Shown: positions 10,167 through 19,845 of the stretch, piece after piece
Numbering within the stretch: position 1 is the first letter of the stretch
How the letters are laid out: each line of letters opens with the position of its first letter
NCBI GenBank assembly: GCA_016209085.1
Contig: JACQWV010000061.1
Span: 21,710-85,709, forward strand
Length of the DNA: 64,000 nt
From: Elusimicrobiota bacterium
GTDB taxonomy: Bacteria; Elusimicrobiota; Elusimicrobia; Elusimicrobiales; UBA9959
Direction: 5' to 3'
The notes under the pieces: model-generated
Database searches by the model: none
Told to the model about the DNA's origin: nothing
What the model saw: only the letters and a program-made list of their open reading frames with translations
Translations under genes and position numbers: made by a program

Positions 10167-11057
10167 ATGAACCACCATAGAATATTGATACTTGGCGGAG
10201 GCGGGACTCTGGGACATAAGCTCTGGCAGATGCTTCCTCCAAGATTCCCGGATGCTTTCGTTACTATACGAAAACCGAAAGCGCAGTACGGAAAATGTCC
10301 TCTTTTTGCTCGGCATAATACAATAGACCGAGTAGATTTAAGAGATTTTGCGCGGCTTGAAAAGGTCCTGTGCGAAATCAAGCCTTCTGTTATAATCAAT
10401 TGCGCCGGAGTAACTCTGCGCAGAAAAGAAGATTCGGATAGAATTTCTAACATAGAGATGAACGCTCTTCTTCCACATAGACTGTCAAATTGGTGCGTTA
10501 AAAACAATGCAAGACTTATACATTTCAGCACGGTTTGCGTTTTTAACGGGAAAAAGGGCGGGTATGCGGAAGATAGCGTCGTGGATGCAGAAGACCTTTA
10601 CGGGAAAACCAAAGCACTGGGGGATGTGCAATCTCCATGTGCTATAACTTTACGTTCTTCTTTCATAGGTCGGGAGATATTCGCAGGAACAGAACTGCTG
10701 GAATGGTTCCTTTCTCAGGCTGGAAAGCGGGTCAAAGGTTACCGCAAAGTCCTTTTCACCGGTCTAACCACCAACCGCATGGCGGAGCTGATGGCGGATT
10801 TAATTGAAAACCATCCTGCCTTAAACGGCCTTTATCATGTTTCCAGTGAAATCCTTTCAAAATACGATTTGCTCTGCCTTATGAAAGAGGCTTATAAACT
10901 GAATGTTGAGATAGAGCCGGATGACAGTTTTGAGTGCCGGCGCGACTTGAACGGCAGCAGATTCGCGCAGGCAGCGGGTTTTAATTGCCCGCCATGGCGG
11001 CAGATGATGGCAGATATGGCCGCTGATAAAACGCCTTATGATGAATGGAGGAAATAA
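10167..11057 (+). CDS. RmlD/WbvR-like sugar-nucleotide 4-reductase (SDR)
   Basis: ILILGGGGTLGHKLW Rossmann motif and YGKTK (YxxxK). 296 aa. It sits directly upstream of the CapE/FnlA-like gene. Confidence 0.6.
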   Translation: MNHHRILILGGGGTLGHKLWQMLPPRFPDAFVTIRKPKAQYGKCPLFARHNTIDRVDLRDFARLEKVLCEIKPSVIINCAGVTLRRKEDSDRISNIEMNALLPHRLSNWCVKNNARLIHFSTVCVFNGKKGGYAEDSVVDAEDLYGKTKALGDVQSPCAITLRSSFIGREIFAGTELLEWFLSQAGKRVKGYRKVLFTGLTTNRMAELMADLIENHPALNGLYHVSSEILSKYDLLCLMKEAYKLNVEIEPDDSFECRRDLNGSRFAQAAGFNCPPWRQMMADMAADKTPYDEWRK

Positions 11058-11058
11058 T

Positions 11059-12126
11059 ATGATTTTTGAGGGAAAGACTGTGCTTGTGACCGGAGGAACG
11101 GGTTCCTTTGGCAAGGTGTTTGTAAAGCGCGTCCTTAGCGGCGAGCAGGGAACCCCCAAAAAGCTTATTGTGCTTTCCCGTGATGAAGCCAAGCAGAACG
11201 ACATGCGCATAGATTATATGAAAAAAACTGTAGCCACCGACGAGATAATATACCGCAACTTTATGAATGTGCTGGAATTCCGGATAGGCGATATAAGGAA
11301 TTATTCCGATGTCTGCTCATCTATGAAGCACGCCGATATCGTTGTTAACGCAGCCGCTCTCAAGCAGGTGCCGGCCTGCGAGTATTTTCCCGGCCAGGCC
11401 ATTCTCACCAACTGCATGGGGCCGTCCAATATAGTGCGGGCCATCACAGAGAACAACTATCCGGTTGAGACCGTGGCGGGCATCAGCACTGACAAAGCCT
11501 GCAAACCTATAAACGTGATGGGTATGACCAAGGCCCTCCAGGAGAGGATATTAACCTCTGCCAATGTGCTGAACTCAAAAACGAGGTTTATATGCGTGCG
11601 CTACGGTAATGTCCTGGCTTCCAGGGGCTCCGTGATACCGCTTTTCCATGAGCAGATAAAGCACGGTGGACCGGTAACGCTTACCGTGAAGGAAATGACG
11701 CGCTTTTTATTAAGCCTCGACCAAGCTGTGAACACAGTATTCGCGGCGATTAGGCACGCCAAGAGAGGAGAGACATATATTCCCATAGCCCCGGCCGCGC
11801 TGGTGACTGATATTGCCAAAGCCCTCATCGGGAAGCGCAAAATAGAGGTGAAGTTAATCGGCATAAGACCTGGCGAGAAATTATCCGAGATATTAGTTTC
11901 CGAGGAAGAGATACATCACTGCTTTAAGCGGGGGGATTATTATGTAATAGCGCCCATGCTGCCGGAACTGCTGGATAAAACTCCCTTGCCAAAGATGGCT
12001 CTTGAGAAGGAATACAGCTCTGGGGACAATGTACTGGATTATGAAGGGACACTGTCCCTGATGAAGAAGCATGACTTAATGGTGAAGAAAGGCCAGCTGC
12101 AGGAAGAAGGGGAGATGCTGAAATAG
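11059..12126 (+). CDS. UDP-GlcNAc 4,6-dehydratase/5-epimerase, CapE/FnlA/WbvB type
   Basis: Start moved to the ATG after GGAGGA. VLVTGGTGSFGK is present. INVMGMTKAL carries the MxxxK variant typical of CapE/FnlA rather than YxxxK. RYGNVLASRGSVIPLF is also present. Confidence 0.8.
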   Translation: MIFEGKTVLVTGGTGSFGKVFVKRVLSGEQGTPKKLIVLSRDEAKQNDMRIDYMKKTVATDEIIYRNFMNVLEFRIGDIRNYSDVCSSMKHADIVVNAAALKQVPACEYFPGQAILTNCMGPSNIVRAITENNYPVETVAGISTDKACKPINVMGMTKALQERILTSANVLNSKTRFICVRYGNVLASRGSVIPLFHEQIKHGGPVTLTVKEMTRFLLSLDQAVNTVFAAIRHAKRGETYIPIAPAALVTDIAKALIGKRKIEVKLIGIRPGEKLSEILVSEEEIHHCFKRGDYYVIAPMLPELLDKTPLPKMALEKEYSSGDNVLDYEGTLSLMKKHDLMVKKGQLQEEGEMLK

Positions 12127-12218
12127 AGGCTGCTCAAGCAGCCTCGTGATTACACAGATTTACTGCGGTAAATGATGTGCTTGTGTAATCAAAAGGTTTT
12201 TAGAACGAGGAGATTTTT

Positions 12219-13352
12219 ATGCCTTTAAAAGTAATGACCATTGTGGGCACCAGGCCGGAAATAATTAAGCTCAGCCGGGTTATATATGAGATAGATCAGC
12301 ATCTTGAACATGTCCTGGCGCATACCGGGCAGAACTACGATTACGAACTCAATGAGATATTTTTCAAAGAGATGGAAATACGCAAGCCGGATTATTTCCT
12401 CAAGTCGGTGGGAAAAACCCTAGCAGAAACCATAGGCAATATCATAGCGAAATCTGATAAGGTTATGGAAAAAGAAAAGCCTGACGCGCTTCTTCTTTAC
12501 GGCGATACCAACAGCTGTCTTTCGGTTATTGCGGCTAAAAGACGCAAAATACCTATTTTCCATATGGAGGCAGGAAACAGATGTTTTGACCAGAGAGTGC
12601 CTGAGGATCTTAATCGCAAAGTCGTTGACCATCTCAGCGACATCAATATGACTCTTACTGGGCATGCCCGCAGGTATTTGCTCGCGGAAGGGCTGAGACC
12701 TGAGACTGTTATCAAGACTGGGTCGCCAATGAAGGAAGTGCTCGCTCATTACATGCCGGCAATCAAAAGGTCTAATGTGCTCAATCGCCTGGATCTGAAG
12801 GAAAACAATTATTTCGTTCTAAGCGCTCATCGCGAGGAGAATATTGACAGCGAGCAGAATTTCCGTGATCTACTGGATTCTGTTAACGCTCTGGCGCATA
12901 AATATAAGAAACGGGTCATAGTTTCTACACATCCCCGCACCCGCAAGAAACTTGAAGAAATTGGCGGAAAAAAATTAGACGAACGCGTGGAACTGATGAA
13001 ACCACTGGGATTCTATGATTATATCAAGCTCCAACAAAAGGCCTTTTGCGTGCTCTCGGATAGCGGCACCATAACAGAAGAGTCATCCATCCTTAATATT
13101 CCCGCCGTTACCATACGGCAGGCGCATGAACGGCCGGAGGGAATGGATGAGGGGATCCTTATAATGTGTGGACTCAAGGCCGAAAGAGTACTTGAATCAG
13201 TGGAGATAGTAGTTCGCCAGCATTTTCGCGATAAAAGAAATTTTCGCCTGGTCCCGGATTATGACACTGACAATGTCTCAAAAAAAGTCCTGCACATCAT
13301 CATGAGCTACACAGACTATGTTAACCGTACTGTCTGGAAAAAGCAGGCCTGA
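12219..13352 (+). CDS. UDP-N-acetylglucosamine 2-epimerase family (non-hydrolysing; WecB/FnlC/CapG/WbvD-like)
   Basis: KVMTIVGTRPEIIKL N-terminus, 377 aa, located immediately after the CapE/FnlA-like gene. Confidence 0.85.
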   Translation: MPLKVMTIVGTRPEIIKLSRVIYEIDQHLEHVLAHTGQNYDYELNEIFFKEMEIRKPDYFLKSVGKTLAETIGNIIAKSDKVMEKEKPDALLLYGDTNSCLSVIAAKRRKIPIFHMEAGNRCFDQRVPEDLNRKVVDHLSDINMTLTGHARRYLLAEGLRPETVIKTGSPMKEVLAHYMPAIKRSNVLNRLDLKENNYFVLSAHREENIDSEQNFRDLLDSVNALAHKYKKRVIVSTHPRTRKKLEEIGGKKLDERVELMKPLGFYDYIKLQQKAFCVLSDSGTITEESSILNIPAVTIRQAHERPEGMDEGILIMCGLKAERVLESVEIVVRQHFRDKRNFRLVPDYDTDNVSKKVLHIIMSYTDYVNRTVWKKQA

Positions 13353-13377
13353 CACGGGAATCCCCGGCGAATGCACT

Positions 13378-14598
13378 ATGCCGGACAAAAAACTAAAGGT
13401 AATGATCCTCGCAGAGAGGTTTTATCCCGAAGAGTTCATAATCAATGACTTGGCCGCCAAGTGGTCCGAAAAGGATTTTGAGATTGATGTGCTCACCCAG
13501 GCGCCGAGCTATCCTTTCGGAAAAATTTTTAAGGGCTATTCCAATAAACTGTTCAGCCGCGATCAATGGAAAAATATAAACATTCTCCGGTTTTTCACAA
13601 TCACCGGCTACAAAGAATCCCTTTTCCTGAAACTGCTCAACTATTTCAGCTTCGCACTCGTTGGTTCGATAGTGGCGCTTTTTATAGGCAGGAAATACGA
13701 CAGGGTCTTTGTTTACCATGTTGGTCCGCTTACGTTGGCCATCCCTGCCGTGGTGATAGGAAAAATCTATAAAAAAGATGTCACTATCTGGACTCAGGAT
13801 GTCTGGCCTGACAGCGTATATGCCTACGGTTTTCGTAAGAGAAAGTTCCTTTCGGCGATTCTTGATGGATTTGTTTCGTTTGTTTATAGGAACTGCGACA
13901 GGATATTCGTCTCTTGCGAAGGTTTCCGGCAGAAAATAACTCCGTATGCTCCATGCAAACCTGTTTATCACTTTCCAAATTGGCCTGTGATTCCACAGGG
14001 TGTGGAAAGTGATTCAAAAAGAATAAAGCTTTCAGATAAATTTAATTTCACCTTCGCCGGGAATGTGGGAAAAGTGCAGAATTTGGAAAATGTTGTGCGG
14101 GGTTTCAGTATGGCCTCGGCCAAGAATGAAAATATCCAGCTGAATATAATAGGCGACGGGTCAAATCTGGAAAATCTAAAGGAAATTATTGATGCCGAAA
14201 AAATAAGTAATGTGGTTTTCTGGGGCAGAAGAAACCAGCAGGAAATGCCCGCGTATTTTAATGCGAGCGATGTTATGGTTATATCGTTGAATGACGCCCC
14301 GATTTTTACCCTTACCGTGCCATCTAAATTTCAGTCCTATCTGGCTGCCGGGAAACCCATTTTTTGTATTATGAACGGGGAAGTTCGCAGGATAGTAGAG
14401 CAATATCAGACGGGGCTTTGCGCTGCTCCGGGAGATCTCAAGGGAATAATGGAGGTTTTTTTGGAGTTTTACAGTTTAAGGTCGGGAGGATTGCAGTCCT
14501 TCGTTAAAAACTCCCGCATTCTCCTTGATAGCATTTATGATAGAGGCAAAATAGTGGATTCAATGACTAATCTTATCATTGACGGACGTTTACCCTGA
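13378..14598 (+). CDS. glycosyltransferase family 4, WbuB-like
   Basis: Start moved to ATG 13378 (MPDKKLKVMILAERFYPEEFIINDLA), clear of the upstream stop. This gene type commonly follows the L-FucNAc/L-QuiNAc genes. Confidence 0.7.
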   Translation: MPDKKLKVMILAERFYPEEFIINDLAAKWSEKDFEIDVLTQAPSYPFGKIFKGYSNKLFSRDQWKNINILRFFTITGYKESLFLKLLNYFSFALVGSIVALFIGRKYDRVFVYHVGPLTLAIPAVVIGKIYKKDVTIWTQDVWPDSVYAYGFRKRKFLSAILDGFVSFVYRNCDRIFVSCEGFRQKITPYAPCKPVYHFPNWPVIPQGVESDSKRIKLSDKFNFTFAGNVGKVQNLENVVRGFSMASAKNENIQLNIIGDGSNLENLKEIIDAEKISNVVFWGRRNQQEMPAYFNASDVMVISLNDAPIFTLTVPSKFQSYLAAGKPIFCIMNGEVRRIVEQYQTGLCAAPGDLKGIMEVFLEFYSLRSGGLQSFVKNSRILLDSIYDRGKIVDSMTNLIIDGRLP

Positions 14599-14697
14599 AT
14601 TAGTATTGCTGGTTCCGAGGCTGGAAGACTGGATGCAATACGCTGCGAACCAAACGTGTCTGCGAGAACAGAATCTTATTATCAGAGGGAACTGCTC

Positions 14698-15663
14698 ATG
14701 GGCAACATGCTGATAACCGGGGTTACCGGTTTCGTCGGCAGGCCGCTTTGTACGAAACTGCTGGCAGAATCCTGGAAGGTGCGCGGCGCCGTGTGGCGTG
14801 ATGAGTCTGCAGGGAGCATCCCGGCGGGAATTGACGCGGTTTTAATAGATTCCATAGGCCCGGATACCGACTGGACGCAAGCGTTGGCGGGAATTGGTAC
14901 CGTCGTCCATCTGGCGGCACGGGTCCACGTTATGAATGAGACGGCGGAAGAGCCGCTTGTCGCTTATCGGCGTGTGAATGTCGCCGGGACGGAAAGACTG
15001 GCCCGAATGGCTGCTGTCAACGGAGTAAAACGCCTGGTTTTCCTAAGTTCAGTGAAAGTTCATGGCGAGGAGACCTCAAGGCGCTACACGGAGAAAGACT
15101 GTCCATCGCCCCTTGACCCTTATGGAGTCAGCAAGCTTGAGGCCGAAGATATCTTGAAGCGGATCGCCGGGGAGACCGGGTTTGAGCTTGTAATAATCAG
15201 GTCTCCGCTGGTATACGGCCCTGGGGTTAAGGCCAATTTCTACCGGCTGTTAAACATTGTTGAGCACGGATTGCCGCTGCCCCTGGCCAGCATAAACAAT
15301 GCTCGCAGCCTGATATTTTTGGGCAACCTGGTTGATGTGATTTCCGTCTGCGCAACACATATTAGAGCCGCCGGGCAGACATTTCTCGTCAGCGACGGGG
15401 AGGATGTCTCTACGCCGGAGTTGATTAGACGGATTGCTGCTGCGCTTGGTCGTCCGGCACGGCTGCTGCCGTTCCCTCCCGTCGTGATGAGCCTGGTTGG
15501 AAAGCTGACCGGCAAAACAGCCGTCATGGAACGGCTACTGGGTTCCCTTGCGGTAGATAGCAGTAAAATCCGTAGTGAACTGGGTTGGATGCCGCCTTTC
15601 ACGATGTCAGATGGGTTAAAGGAAACAGCAGTATGGTATAAAAATTTTATTGCCGCTGATTAA
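14698..15663 (+). CDS. NAD-dependent epimerase/dehydratase (GalE/WbpP-like)
   Basis: Start moved to MGNMLITGVTGFVGRPL. YGVSKLEAE matches YxxxK. Confidence 0.75.
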   Translation: MGNMLITGVTGFVGRPLCTKLLAESWKVRGAVWRDESAGSIPAGIDAVLIDSIGPDTDWTQALAGIGTVVHLAARVHVMNETAEEPLVAYRRVNVAGTERLARMAAVNGVKRLVFLSSVKVHGEETSRRYTEKDCPSPLDPYGVSKLEAEDILKRIAGETGFELVIIRSPLVYGPGVKANFYRLLNIVEHGLPLPLASINNARSLIFLGNLVDVISVCATHIRAAGQTFLVSDGEDVSTPELIRRIAAALGRPARLLPFPPVVMSLVGKLTGKTAVMERLLGSLAVDSSKIRSELGWMPPFTMSDGLKETAVWYKNFIAAD

Positions 15664-15676
15664 CAAGGATTTCTGC

Positions 15677-16237
15677 ATGAAATGCTTTTTTGACGTTGTT
15701 TTATCTTTAATCTCACTTGTAATCTTGAGTATACCAATGCTTATTGTCGCCCTGTTGTTGAAGCTGACCTCAAAAGGACCTGTATTATATTGGTCGGACC
15801 GGATTGGCCGGAATAATATTACATTCAGGATGCCCAAGTTCCGCACCATGCGAAACGACACCCCGGCTGTAGCGACCCACCTACTGAAAGACCCTGACCG
15901 CTTTTTGAACCAGGTTGGCAAATTTCTCCGTAAATACAGCCTGGACGAACTGCCGCAGTTGTTCAGCATTATTAAGGGCGACATGAGCTTCGTGGGGCCC
16001 CGGCCGGCGCTTTTTAATCAGGACGATTTGATAAAACTTCGCACTGAGAAGGGCGTTCACGCGATTGCCCCGGGACTTACCGGCTGGGCGCAGATTAACG
16101 GGCGGGATGATTTGTCAATACCTGCCAAAGTTGATTATGATGAATATTATCTAACCCATCGCTCTATTGTTTTTGATGTTAAAATTCTCCTGATGACTTT
16201 TTATCAGGCATTAATGGGAAAAGGCGTAAAGCATTAA
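15677..16237 (+). CDS. undecaprenyl-phosphate sugar phosphotransferase, small PglC/WbaP-C type
   Basis: Start moved to MKCFFDVVLSLISL. DELPQLFSIIKGDMSFVGPRP is the bacterial sugar transferase signature. Confidence 0.9.
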   Translation: MKCFFDVVLSLISLVILSIPMLIVALLLKLTSKGPVLYWSDRIGRNNITFRMPKFRTMRNDTPAVATHLLKDPDRFLNQVGKFLRKYSLDELPQLFSIIKGDMSFVGPRPALFNQDDLIKLRTEKGVHAIAPGLTGWAQINGRDDLSIPAKVDYDEYYLTHRSIVFDVKILLMTFYQALMGKGVKH

Positions 16238-16295
16238 GTCAAACGCTCCCTCTGGAATTTTACTTGACTTTGAGGGAATTGGTATAATTCAATAA

Positions 16296-18182
16296 ATGAA
16301 GAGCAAAGGCATTAAGCACTTACACTGGGTTGTATTCTTTTTTGACGTCCTGGCAGTGGCCGTTTCGTACTGGATGGCTTTTCAGTTGAGATTTGATTTC
16401 GCCGTTCCCGAGTTATATTCAAAAAGCCTTTTTAATACAGTTCTGATAGTTGTTGGATTCCGGCTTGTTTCGTTTTATTATTTTAACCTTTATAAGGGAA
16501 TATGGCGTTATGCCAGTATTAATGATCTAACATCAATTTTCAAGGCTATTGTGGCAAGTCAGGTCGCAATTTTAGCTGTTATTCCGTCTTTTTACCGCGT
16601 AAACTTTCCACGTTCAGTATTGATCATTGATCCGGTACTGACTATAATTCTAATCGGAGGCATAAGGTTTTTCATTAGACTGACCAGGGAACTGCGTTAT
16701 AAAGGCAATACGAACGAACTACCAAAAGTTCTTATTTTCGGGGCCGGTGATCTTGGGGAAAGCATATTAAGAGAAATCAAAAGAGATAAGATTCACAAAT
16801 ATCATGTTGTTGGTTTTATTGATGATAACCCTGAAATGTGGCATCACCACATACATGGCACGCCAATTTTGGGCGGGCGGAACATGTTGCCCAAAATTAT
16901 CGCCAAGTATTCAGTGGATGAAGTGGTGATTGCGGTAAATCATTCAAGGGGCAAGCTTATCGGGGATTTGATCTCTCTTTATAAAAATAGCCAGATACTT
17001 AAAAAAGTTCAATTTAAAACCGTTCCGACACTGTCAGAGTCGTTGACACATTCATCCCGTTCCGGGAGGGTGTTAAGAAATATTGAACTGAGCGATCTTT
17101 TGAACAGAAAACAGGTCCAGACTGATATGGAGGCAGTCTCCCTGCTCATAGGAGGGAAAACCGTGTTTATTACCGGGGCTGGCGGCACAATAGGAGCGGA
17201 ACTTTGTAGACAGATAGTGCGGTTTCATCCCAAAACTCTTCTTATGCTGGAGAATCACAATACAGCGTTATTTTACATAGACAAGGAATTATCAGAACTA
17301 TCCGAAAACAGCAAAATCGTTTCTTTAGCCGGAGACGTCAGGGACCAGAGTTTGCTAAATAACATTTTTTCCAAATACAAGCCCGGTATTGTGTTTCATG
17401 CTGCGGCGCATAAACATGTTCCCTTAATGGAATCCAACCCTCAAGAAGCTGTCAAAAACAATACGCTTGCGACTCATCTTTTGGCTGCAACAGCTGTGGC
17501 CCACGGTACGGAGAAGGTTCTTTTTATTTCAACCGACAAGGCTGTGCGTCCTTCAAGCATAATGGGCGCCTCAAAGCGTCTGGGGGAAATGGTTATTAGC
17601 GAGATGGCCGCTTCTTCACAGACAAAATTTATGAGTGTTCGCTTTGGCAATGTGTTGGGCAGTTCAGGCAGCGCCGTTAATATTTTCAAGGAGCAAATAG
17701 CTAATGGCGGGCCTGTTACCGTAACGCACTCCGATGCCACCAGGTACTTTATGACAACGCAGGAAGCCATTCAGCTTATCTTGCAGGCTTGCGCTATGGG
17801 GTATGGCGGCGAGATTTTTGTGCTCAATATGGGTGAGCCGGTTAAAGTTCTTGATCTTGTCAAAAATTTAATTCTTCTTGCCGGATTAGAGCCTGACAAA
17901 GATATTGCGATTCGATTTACCAGCCTAAGACCAGGGGAAAAATTGCACGAAGAACTCTTCAGGGATGACGATATTCGCAAGGACACAGGGCATCCGGACA
18001 TTTTTATGGCTATCCCCGAAGGCGCAGTGCTGTCAAAAGCGCAAGTAATGGAACTCGCCAAATTGTGCGAAATAGCCGAGCCTAAGCCGTTACTAACATA
18101 TATCAAAGAATTGATTCCTGCCTACAAAAGCGTTCCAATAGATAAACATGCTTTCTTCCATGGTATGGATTATACGGAATAA
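16296..18182 (+). CDS. membrane-anchored nucleotide-sugar 4,6-dehydratase (CapD/PglF/WbpM family)
   Basis: 628 aa with N-terminal TM helices. FITGAGGTIGAEL and RFGNVLGSSGS motifs are present. Confidence 0.85.
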   Translation: MKSKGIKHLHWVVFFFDVLAVAVSYWMAFQLRFDFAVPELYSKSLFNTVLIVVGFRLVSFYYFNLYKGIWRYASINDLTSIFKAIVASQVAILAVIPSFYRVNFPRSVLIIDPVLTIILIGGIRFFIRLTRELRYKGNTNELPKVLIFGAGDLGESILREIKRDKIHKYHVVGFIDDNPEMWHHHIHGTPILGGRNMLPKIIAKYSVDEVVIAVNHSRGKLIGDLISLYKNSQILKKVQFKTVPTLSESLTHSSRSGRVLRNIELSDLLNRKQVQTDMEAVSLLIGGKTVFITGAGGTIGAELCRQIVRFHPKTLLMLENHNTALFYIDKELSELSENSKIVSLAGDVRDQSLLNNIFSKYKPGIVFHAAAHKHVPLMESNPQEAVKNNTLATHLLAATAVAHGTEKVLFISTDKAVRPSSIMGASKRLGEMVISEMAASSQTKFMSVRFGNVLGSSGSAVNIFKEQIANGGPVTVTHSDATRYFMTTQEAIQLILQACAMGYGGEIFVLNMGEPVKVLDLVKNLILLAGLEPDKDIAIRFTSLRPGEKLHEELFRDDDIRKDTGHPDIFMAIPEGAVLSKAQVMELAKLCEIAEPKPLLTYIKELIPAYKSVPIDKHAFFHGMDYTE

Positions 18183-18281
18183 TTGTCATTGATGCCAGAA
18201 GCGGCAATCTGAAGGTTAATTTTTTATCTTCGGGAGAGTGCGCATATCAAAGAAATTTTTTTACTATTACAGTATAAAAAT

Positions 18282-18330
18282 CTTCCAAATCTTTCAGGTT
18301 TTTATGTTTTCGTCCAGTTTTATATTCCTT
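18282..18330. repeat. 49-bp direct repeat, copy 1 (left flank of the DUF4143 cassette)
   Basis: CTTCCAAATCTTTCAGGTTTTTATGTTTTCGTCCAGTTTTATATTCCTT matches 19797..19845 at 48 of 49 nt. The minus strand reads ...DFTKEYKTGRKHKNLKDLEDFYTVIVKKFL*. Confidence 0.9.
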
Positions 18331-18528
18331 GGTAAAATCGTAAATGCTCACTGAAGCACGTCACTTTTGTGGGAATGACAACGGGATTCGCTGAATATTT
18401 ACTAAAAAAGTTTTGACAAATTAACTTTTACCTGCAATAATTATATACTGAGCTTTGCAGAAATGGTAAATCCTCACTAAAATAAAAAAAGAAGTCGGGT
18501 TAATGGGGTAAAGGGATGGAGAGTTTTT

Positions 18529-18583
18529 ATGGAAGTAACATTTCCAAAAATGGGCTAAAAATGGAATTTGTATTTCCAAAAAA
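18529..18583 (+). promoter_or_regulatory. two tandem TGGAA-N7-TTCCA palindromes upstream of the DUF4143 ATPase gene
   Basis: ATGGAAGTAACATTTCCAAAAA (18529..18550) and ATGGAATTTGTATTTCCAAAAAA (18561..18583) are spaced 32 bp apart and end 21 nt before the ATG. Confidence 0.45.
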
Positions 18584-18604
18584 TACTTTATATAATATAG
18601 CATC

Positions 18605-19759
18605 ATGAGAATAATAGACAGATACCTGGCGCCTTTAAAACAAAGTTTTTTTCTTTTTGGTCCAAGAGGGACGGGAAAGACATCATGGATAAAAGAAAAT
18701 TTTAAAGAAGCGCTTTATATAGATTTTCTTGATCCTAAAATTTTTAGGCTTTATTCCGCTTATCCTGAGCGCTTAAATGAAATAATTGAAGGTAATCCAG
18801 GGAAAAATGATATAGTTATTGATGAAATTCAAAGGGTTCCTCAAGTCCTTCCCGTGATACATTCTTTGATTGAAGATAAAAAAAATCTTCGTTTTATATT
18901 AACAGGTTCAAGTTCCAGAAAAATACGAAAAACCGGGACGGATTTGTTAGGCGGCCGGGCGGTGAGCCTTTCGATGTATCCTTTTATGGCTTCGGAGTTG
19001 GGAGGGAGTTTTTCTCTTGACAAGGCTTTAAGTGAAGGTCTCGTGCCTTTAATAGTTTCTTCAAATGATAGTTTAAAAACGCTTGCAGGATATATAACGC
19101 TTTATATAAAGGAGGAAATTCAAGCCGAAGCTCTTGTGAGAAATATCCCTTCTTTTGCCAGATTTATTGAGGCCGTAAGTTTTTCTCACGGAGCAGTTTT
19201 GAATGTTAGCGCCATTTCAAGGGAATGCCAGGTTGAAAGAAAAACAGTTGAGGGGTATATAAAGATCCTTGAAGATTTGCTTCTGAGTTTTAAGTTAAAC
19301 GTTTTTACAAAAAGAGCGAAAAGAAAAGTTATTGAACATCCCAAATTTTATATTTTTGACGTAGGGGTCTTTAGAAATTTGCGTCCGAAAGGTCCTTTTG
19401 ATCGTCCGCAAGAAATAGACGGCGCCGCTCTTGAAGGTCTCGTTGCCCAAAATATAAAGGCATGGATTGATTATAGGGGAAAGGATAATAAACTTTACTA
19501 TTGGCGAACCCCAAAGGGTATTGAGATTGATTTTATTGTATATGGAGAGGATGGAATATTTGCTATTGAAGTAAAAAATTCTTCCAAAATATATCCGGAG
19601 AATATTAGGGGGCTTGAGTTTTTTAAAGAAGATTATCCCGAAGCCCAATGCTTGCTTTTATATAGAGGTACCGAAAGAATAAAAAAGGGGAATGTGCTTT
19701 GTTTGCCATGTGAATCTTTTTTGAAAGATATTAAACCTGGAAAAAATATCCTGAAATAG
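18605..19759 (+). CDS. AAA-family ATPase with C-terminal DUF4143-type domain
   Basis: Walker A GPRGTGKTSW and Walker B VIDEIQRVP. The C-terminal GAALEGLVAQNI region is typical of DUF4143 proteins. Confidence 0.8.
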   Translation: MRIIDRYLAPLKQSFFLFGPRGTGKTSWIKENFKEALYIDFLDPKIFRLYSAYPERLNEIIEGNPGKNDIVIDEIQRVPQVLPVIHSLIEDKKNLRFILTGSSSRKIRKTGTDLLGGRAVSLSMYPFMASELGGSFSLDKALSEGLVPLIVSSNDSLKTLAGYITLYIKEEIQAEALVRNIPSFARFIEAVSFSHGAVLNVSAISRECQVERKTVEGYIKILEDLLLSFKLNVFTKRAKRKVIEHPKFYIFDVGVFRNLRPKGPFDRPQEIDGAALEGLVAQNIKAWIDYRGKDNKLYYWRTPKGIEIDFIVYGEDGIFAIEVKNSSKIYPENIRGLEFFKEDYPEAQCLLLYRGTERIKKGNVLCLPCESFLKDIKPGKNILK

Positions 19760-19796
19760 TTCTAAACGAATTTCTTTGCAATTAAAGTGTAGAAAC

Positions 19797-19845
19797 CTTC
19801 CAAATCTTTCAGGTTTTTATGTTTTCGTCCAGTTTCATATTCCTT
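19797..19845. repeat. 49-bp direct repeat, copy 2 (right flank of the DUF4143 cassette)
   Basis: See 18282..18330. The minus strand reads ...FKEYETGRKHKNLKDLEGFYTLIAKKFV*. Confidence 0.9.

Noticed and set aside
13393-13971. A 192-aa minus-strand ORF. Similar long antisense ORFs are at 9266..9751, 21609..22187, 23104..23643, 24871..25383, 40982..41599 and 59723..60280.
   Set aside because: Each lies entirely antisense to, or out of frame within, a CDS with clear family motifs. Their translations are low-complexity or Arg/Ser/Pro-rich, which is typical of shadow ORFs in GC-richer DNA.
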